A stretch of 64,000 nt of DNA. It comes from Planctomycetota bacterium. Lineage in GTDB: Bacteria > Planctomycetota > PLA2 > JAEUHO01. A program made the position numbers and the translations under genes. Position 1 is the first letter of the stretch, and every line of letters begins with the position of its first letter. Of this stretch, positions 60,637-64,000 are shown one piece after another. Where the stretch lies: contig JBFWRP010000016.1 in NCBI GenBank assembly GCA_050248855.1, forward strand, positions 29,121 to 93,120, given 5' to 3'. The notes under the pieces are model-generated. The model made no database searches, had not been told where the DNA came from, and was given only the letters and a program-made list of their open reading frames with translations.

Positions 60637-61616
60637 GCGTCGTCGTCCGGAAGCGGCGTGCCGCCCAGGATGAGGTGCAGCAGGGCCATTCGCACGGCGA
60701 CGCCGTTACGGGTCTGCTGGAAGTAGAGCGCGCCCGGATGGTCGTCCACGTCGGGTGCGACCTCGTTCACGCGCGGAAGCGGGTGGAGCACCTTCAAGTG
60801 CTCGCCGAAGGGCTCGAGCGACGCACGGTCCACGCGGTACACGTCGCGCACGCGCTCGTAGTCCAGCGGATCCGGGAAGCGCTCTTTCTGGATGCGCGTG
60901 ACGTACAGCACGTCGATGCCCGAGAGCGTCTCCAGGCGCTCGACCTCCTGCCCGAGGCGCCCCGCGGCTTGGACCTGCTCGCGCAAGGGGCCCGGGATGC
61001 GCAGGCCCTCGGGGGCCACGAAGGAGAGCTCCACGTCGAAGTGGCAGAGCGCCGAGGAGAGGCTGTGGACCGTGCGGCCGTAGCGCAGGTCGCCGAGGAA
61101 CGCGACGCGCAGGCCGTCCAGCCGCTGCGCCGCCTCGCGGATCGTGAACAGGTCCAGCAGCGTCTGGGTCGGGTGCTGGTTGCTGCCATCGCCCCCGTTG
61201 ATGACGGGGACGTGGGCGACCTCCGCGGCGAGCCGGGCGGCTCCCTCCCGCGGATGGCGCAGCACGATGGCGTCGCAGTACCCCTCGACCACGCGGATCG
61301 TGTCGAGCAGGCTCTCGCCCTTGGAGAGCGAGGACATCCGTGCGTCGGCAAAACCCATCGCGCTGCCGCCCAGCCGGAGCAGGGCGCTCTCGAAGCTGAG
61401 GCGCGTCCGGGTGCTCGGCTCGAAGAAGAGCAGGCCCAACACCCGACCGTCCAGGGTGCGCGGTGCACGGCGCCAGCCGGAAGCGACGCCACCGTCGTAG
61501 CGCTGCATGCGCCGCGCCTCGTCGAGGAGGAGCAGGATCTCCTCCCGCGACACGTCCTCGATGGAGACGACGCTCCGGCCCAGGAAGGCGCGCGAAGCCG
61601 CTGCCTCGTCGGGCAT
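60633..61616 (-). CDS. pyrB: Aspartate carbamoyltransferase catalytic chain
   Basis: FFEPSTRTRLSF, SKGESL, HPTQTLLD, GDLRYGRTVHS, TRIQKER, HPLPR. Confidence 0.96.
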   Translation of the reverse strand: MPDEAAASRAFLGRSVVSIEDVSREEILLLLDEARRMQRYDGGVASGWRRAPRTLDGRVLGLLFFEPSTRTRLSFESALLRLGGSAMGFADARMSSLSKGESLLDTIRVVEGYCDAIVLRHPREGAARLAAEVAHVPVINGGDGSNQHPTQTLLDLFTIREAAQRLDGLRVAFLGDLRYGRTVHSLSSALCHFDVELSFVAPEGLRIPGPLREQVQAAGRLGQEVERLETLSGIDVLYVTRIQKERFPDPLDYERVRDVYRVDRASLEPFGEHLKVLHPLPRVNEVAPDVDDHPGALYFQQTRNGVAVRMALLHLILGGTPLPDDDA

Positions 61617-61764
61617 GGGTAGGGATCCTCCTCGGGGGCGCAGCCCTCGGGCTCGCAGCCTACCCCGTGACCGCCGATCGGACGAAGGACGGCTACGTGG
61701 GCCGGCGGGAGCGGCCCCCCCTCCGCAGCATGGCTCCCCGCGAACGCGGCCGTAGGCTTCCCCC

Positions 61765-62217
61765 ATGAACACGCGTGGCGGGATCCCGGGGCCGCAGACG
61801 ACCCGACACCCGCGCAGGTCGTGGCCTGGTCTGGCCGCGGCCTGCGTGCTGGCGGCGGGCCTGCTCGGTTGCTCGAGCGACTTCACGGTGGAGCGTCGGG
61901 AGAGCCCGGTCCACGTGTGGCTGAGCGTGCCGGGGCGCGCCGTGGCCGGTGGGCAGGTCCACGCCGAGGTGTCGCTCGGGCCCTACGGCGTGGTGCGCGA
62001 TGTCGTCTCGTTCCCGCGCGGCGTGCCGACGGTCGAGCTACCCACGGTCTATGTGCGCGACGGCGCGTACATCGCGGCCGTTCGGCTGCGGGAGCTCGGG
62101 GTGGCCGTGCAGCAGGCGATCGAAGTCGAAGGCGAGACGTGGGTCACGATCACGGTGGACGGCCGCTCCGTCCGCATCGCCACGGAAGAGACGCAGCCCG
62201 ACCCGTCCGGGCGCTGA
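61765..62217 (+). CDS. Hypothetical lipoprotein
   Basis: Lipobox LLGC after a hydrophobic stretch. Confidence 0.65.
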   Translation: MNTRGGIPGPQTTRHPRRSWPGLAAACVLAAGLLGCSSDFTVERRESPVHVWLSVPGRAVAGGQVHAEVSLGPYGVVRDVVSFPRGVPTVELPTVYVRDGAYIAAVRLRELGVAVQQAIEVEGETWVTITVDGRSVRIATEETQPDPSGR

Positions 62218-62229
62218 ACGGAGGCCGCC

Positions 62230-63852
62230 ATGGCACGCACGCGTTCCGCGTGGTCGGGTACGGACAGCTACGACTTCGCCGGCGAGACGCGTCGTCTTGC
62301 CTTCCGCGATGTCATCGTCGGCGAGCATCGCCTCAACCGCGGTACGGCCACGGTCGCCGTGCACGACAGCGAGCGGATCGCGGGCGACGACGCCACCCGG
62401 GCGGCCTGGAAGGGCGCGCTGCTGCCGACGACGCTGCCGTCCGACGCGCCGGTCATCCACCTCGGCTGGCCGACGCACGGCCCCTTCGTGCGAGGTCCCC
62501 AAGGGGTCTACTTCGACGCCTACCTCGGCGTGGCCCAGAAGGTCCTCGACGAGCACCATCCGCGCTTCCGTCGCATGCTCGACACGCTCGACGAGCTGGG
62601 TCTGCTCCTGCGCCGCGAGATCGCGACGGACGACTACGTGGCCGCGACGGAGGCCGAGGGCGTAAAGACGCCGCGGGACCTCGCTGCACTCTGGGCCAGC
62701 GCGCTGCAGGCCCGCTGGGCGCGTCCGGGCGGCTGGAAGGCCTTCTTCTCGAGCAGCGGCGCCGAAGCGGTCGAGGCGGCGCTCAAGATCCTCTGCCAAC
62801 GCGCCTACAAGCGCTTCGTCGAGCGCTTCGGCATCGACACGCTGCGTCGCGTGACCGCCGAGCTCGGCGCACGCGAGGTCCCCTACTTCGACGGCGACCC
62901 CGGCCTGCCCGGCACGCCGGTCTTCGACGACTACCCGTTCCAGATCGTCGCATGCGAGGGCGCGTTCCACGGTCGCACGCTCGGCGCCCTGTCGGCCACG
63001 TGGAGCAAGCGGGCGCACCGGCTGGGCTACCCGCGGGCCTGGCAGGTGCGGCACGTGCCGTACAACGATGCCGGCGACCCGGTCCGCGCCCTGGTCGACA
63101 CGCGCGGCATCCAGGAGCTGCTGGCCGAGCCGGGCCTCTTGGCACGCGTCGTGCGCGAGCAGGGCCGCATCCCGAAGGACCTGTTCGCCGGGTTCCTGGC
63201 CGAGCCCTTCCAAGGCGAGGGCGGCTACGTGCCCGGTGACCCCGGCTTCTTCGCCCGCACCAAGGCCGTGTGCGAGGAGCACGGCGCTTGGCTCGTCGTG
63301 GACGAGGTGCAGTCGGTGGGGCGCACGGGTCGGCTCTTGATGACCGAGCACCTGGGCATCACGCCGGACATCGTGGCCACCGCCAAGAGCATGGTGATCG
63401 GCATCACGATGGCGCCGGGCGAGGTGTCCGCGTACTGCCACGACGGCTGGCACAGCAACACCTGGGGTGCGGGCCGCGTGTTCGACACGAACTTCGCGTG
63501 GACCACGCTGGACACGCTGCTGCACCACGTGGAGCCGGCCTTCGAGGGGCGGAGCTACCTCGAGAATGTCGAGCTCAAGGGCGCGTACCTGGCCGAGGGG
63601 CTCGACCGTTTGGCGGAGGCGTACCCGCAGCATGTCGCCGGCCAGCGGGGCTTCGGCCTCATGCGTGCGCTGCTGGTCAAGGACCGCAGTCGCGTCGTCG
63701 CGGAGGCGTGGCGTCAGGGTTTGAAGCTGTTGGGTTGCGGCTGGAGCGCCGAGGTGGCGCCCATCCGCCTGCTCATGCTCGCGGACACCACCACCCGCGA
63801 AGTCGACGAGCTGCTCCGCGTCCTCGACCACACCTTCCGCGCCCTGAAGTAG
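62230..63852 (+). CDS. Class III PLP-dependent aminotransferase with N-terminal extension
   Basis: SGAEAVEAALK, AFHGRT, EPFQGEGG, DEVQSVGRTG, PDIVATAK, NTWG; GGAGG RBS. Confidence 0.88.
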   Translation: MARTRSAWSGTDSYDFAGETRRLAFRDVIVGEHRLNRGTATVAVHDSERIAGDDATRAAWKGALLPTTLPSDAPVIHLGWPTHGPFVRGPQGVYFDAYLGVAQKVLDEHHPRFRRMLDTLDELGLLLRREIATDDYVAATEAEGVKTPRDLAALWASALQARWARPGGWKAFFSSSGAEAVEAALKILCQRAYKRFVERFGIDTLRRVTAELGAREVPYFDGDPGLPGTPVFDDYPFQIVACEGAFHGRTLGALSATWSKRAHRLGYPRAWQVRHVPYNDAGDPVRALVDTRGIQELLAEPGLLARVVREQGRIPKDLFAGFLAEPFQGEGGYVPGDPGFFARTKAVCEEHGAWLVVDEVQSVGRTGRLLMTEHLGITPDIVATAKSMVIGITMAPGEVSAYCHDGWHSNTWGAGRVFDTNFAWTTLDTLLHHVEPAFEGRSYLENVELKGAYLAEGLDRLAEAYPQHVAGQRGFGLMRALLVKDRSRVVAEAWRQGLKLLGCGWSAEVAPIRLLMLADTTTREVDELLRVLDHTFRALK

Positions 63853-63873
63853 CGCGGCTGCGCGACCCCGAAG

Positions 63874-63932
63874 GTGTCAGGACCCTTGCCGCGGCGCCGC
63901 GAAGCGGCAACGTGGGCAAGGTGCCTGCAATG
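63874..63932. repeat. Palindromic repeat module A between convergent genes
   Basis: GTGTCAGGACCCTTGCCGCGGCGCCGCGAAGCGGCAACGTGGGCAAGGTGCCTG, identical to 54482-54535. Confidence 0.9.
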
Positions 63933-63939
63933 AAACTCC

Positions 63940-64000
63940 CTACGCAGCGGTGGCGGCCTCCTTGAGCTCGACGTCGAATCCCATGGCGCGAAGCTTCTTC
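63940..64000 (-). CDS. 3' end of a gene entering from beyond the window
   Basis: Reads ...KKLRAMGFDVELKEAATAA* with typical codon bias. Confidence 0.5.
   Translation of the reverse strand, partial: KKLRAMGFDVELKEAATAA

Overview
A 64-kb, very GC-rich bacterial chromosome segment. Gene style and the GGTGCCTGACAC-type repeats suggest a planctomycete-like organism, which is an inference only. It is mostly housekeeping and envelope genes: the start of a complex I operon (nuoA-B-C-D-H, with no nuoEFG in between), an iscA-like gene, trxB, an ABC-F/Uup protein, dut, anmK, rsmG, a DHS-like synthase, gyrA, truD, an orphan parA, and pyrBI running directly into a Ktr/Trk K+ uptake pair plus a kinase-less sensor. 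Five things stand out. (1) A four-gene type IV minor-pilin-like cluster (29.5-37.7 kb) has two tandem PilX-like paralogs and a 1378-aa prepilin carrying about a dozen Dx[DN]xDG-type Ca-binding repeats. (2) An IscS homolog has systematically lost its PLP-binding residues but keeps the catalytic Cys. (3) An HcrCAB/xanthine-dehydrogenase-family molybdoenzyme has Gln at the usual catalytic Glu. (4) Mosaic palindromic intergenic repeats (7.6, 17.3-17.9, 29.4, 54.2-54.6 and 63.9 kb) show a compensatory base-pair change and an apparent filled/empty insertion-site pair. (5) A candidate structured ncRNA lies upstream of trxB. No rRNA, tRNA, CRISPR array or complete transposase gene was seen. All homology calls come from motif recognition by eye; no searches were run.
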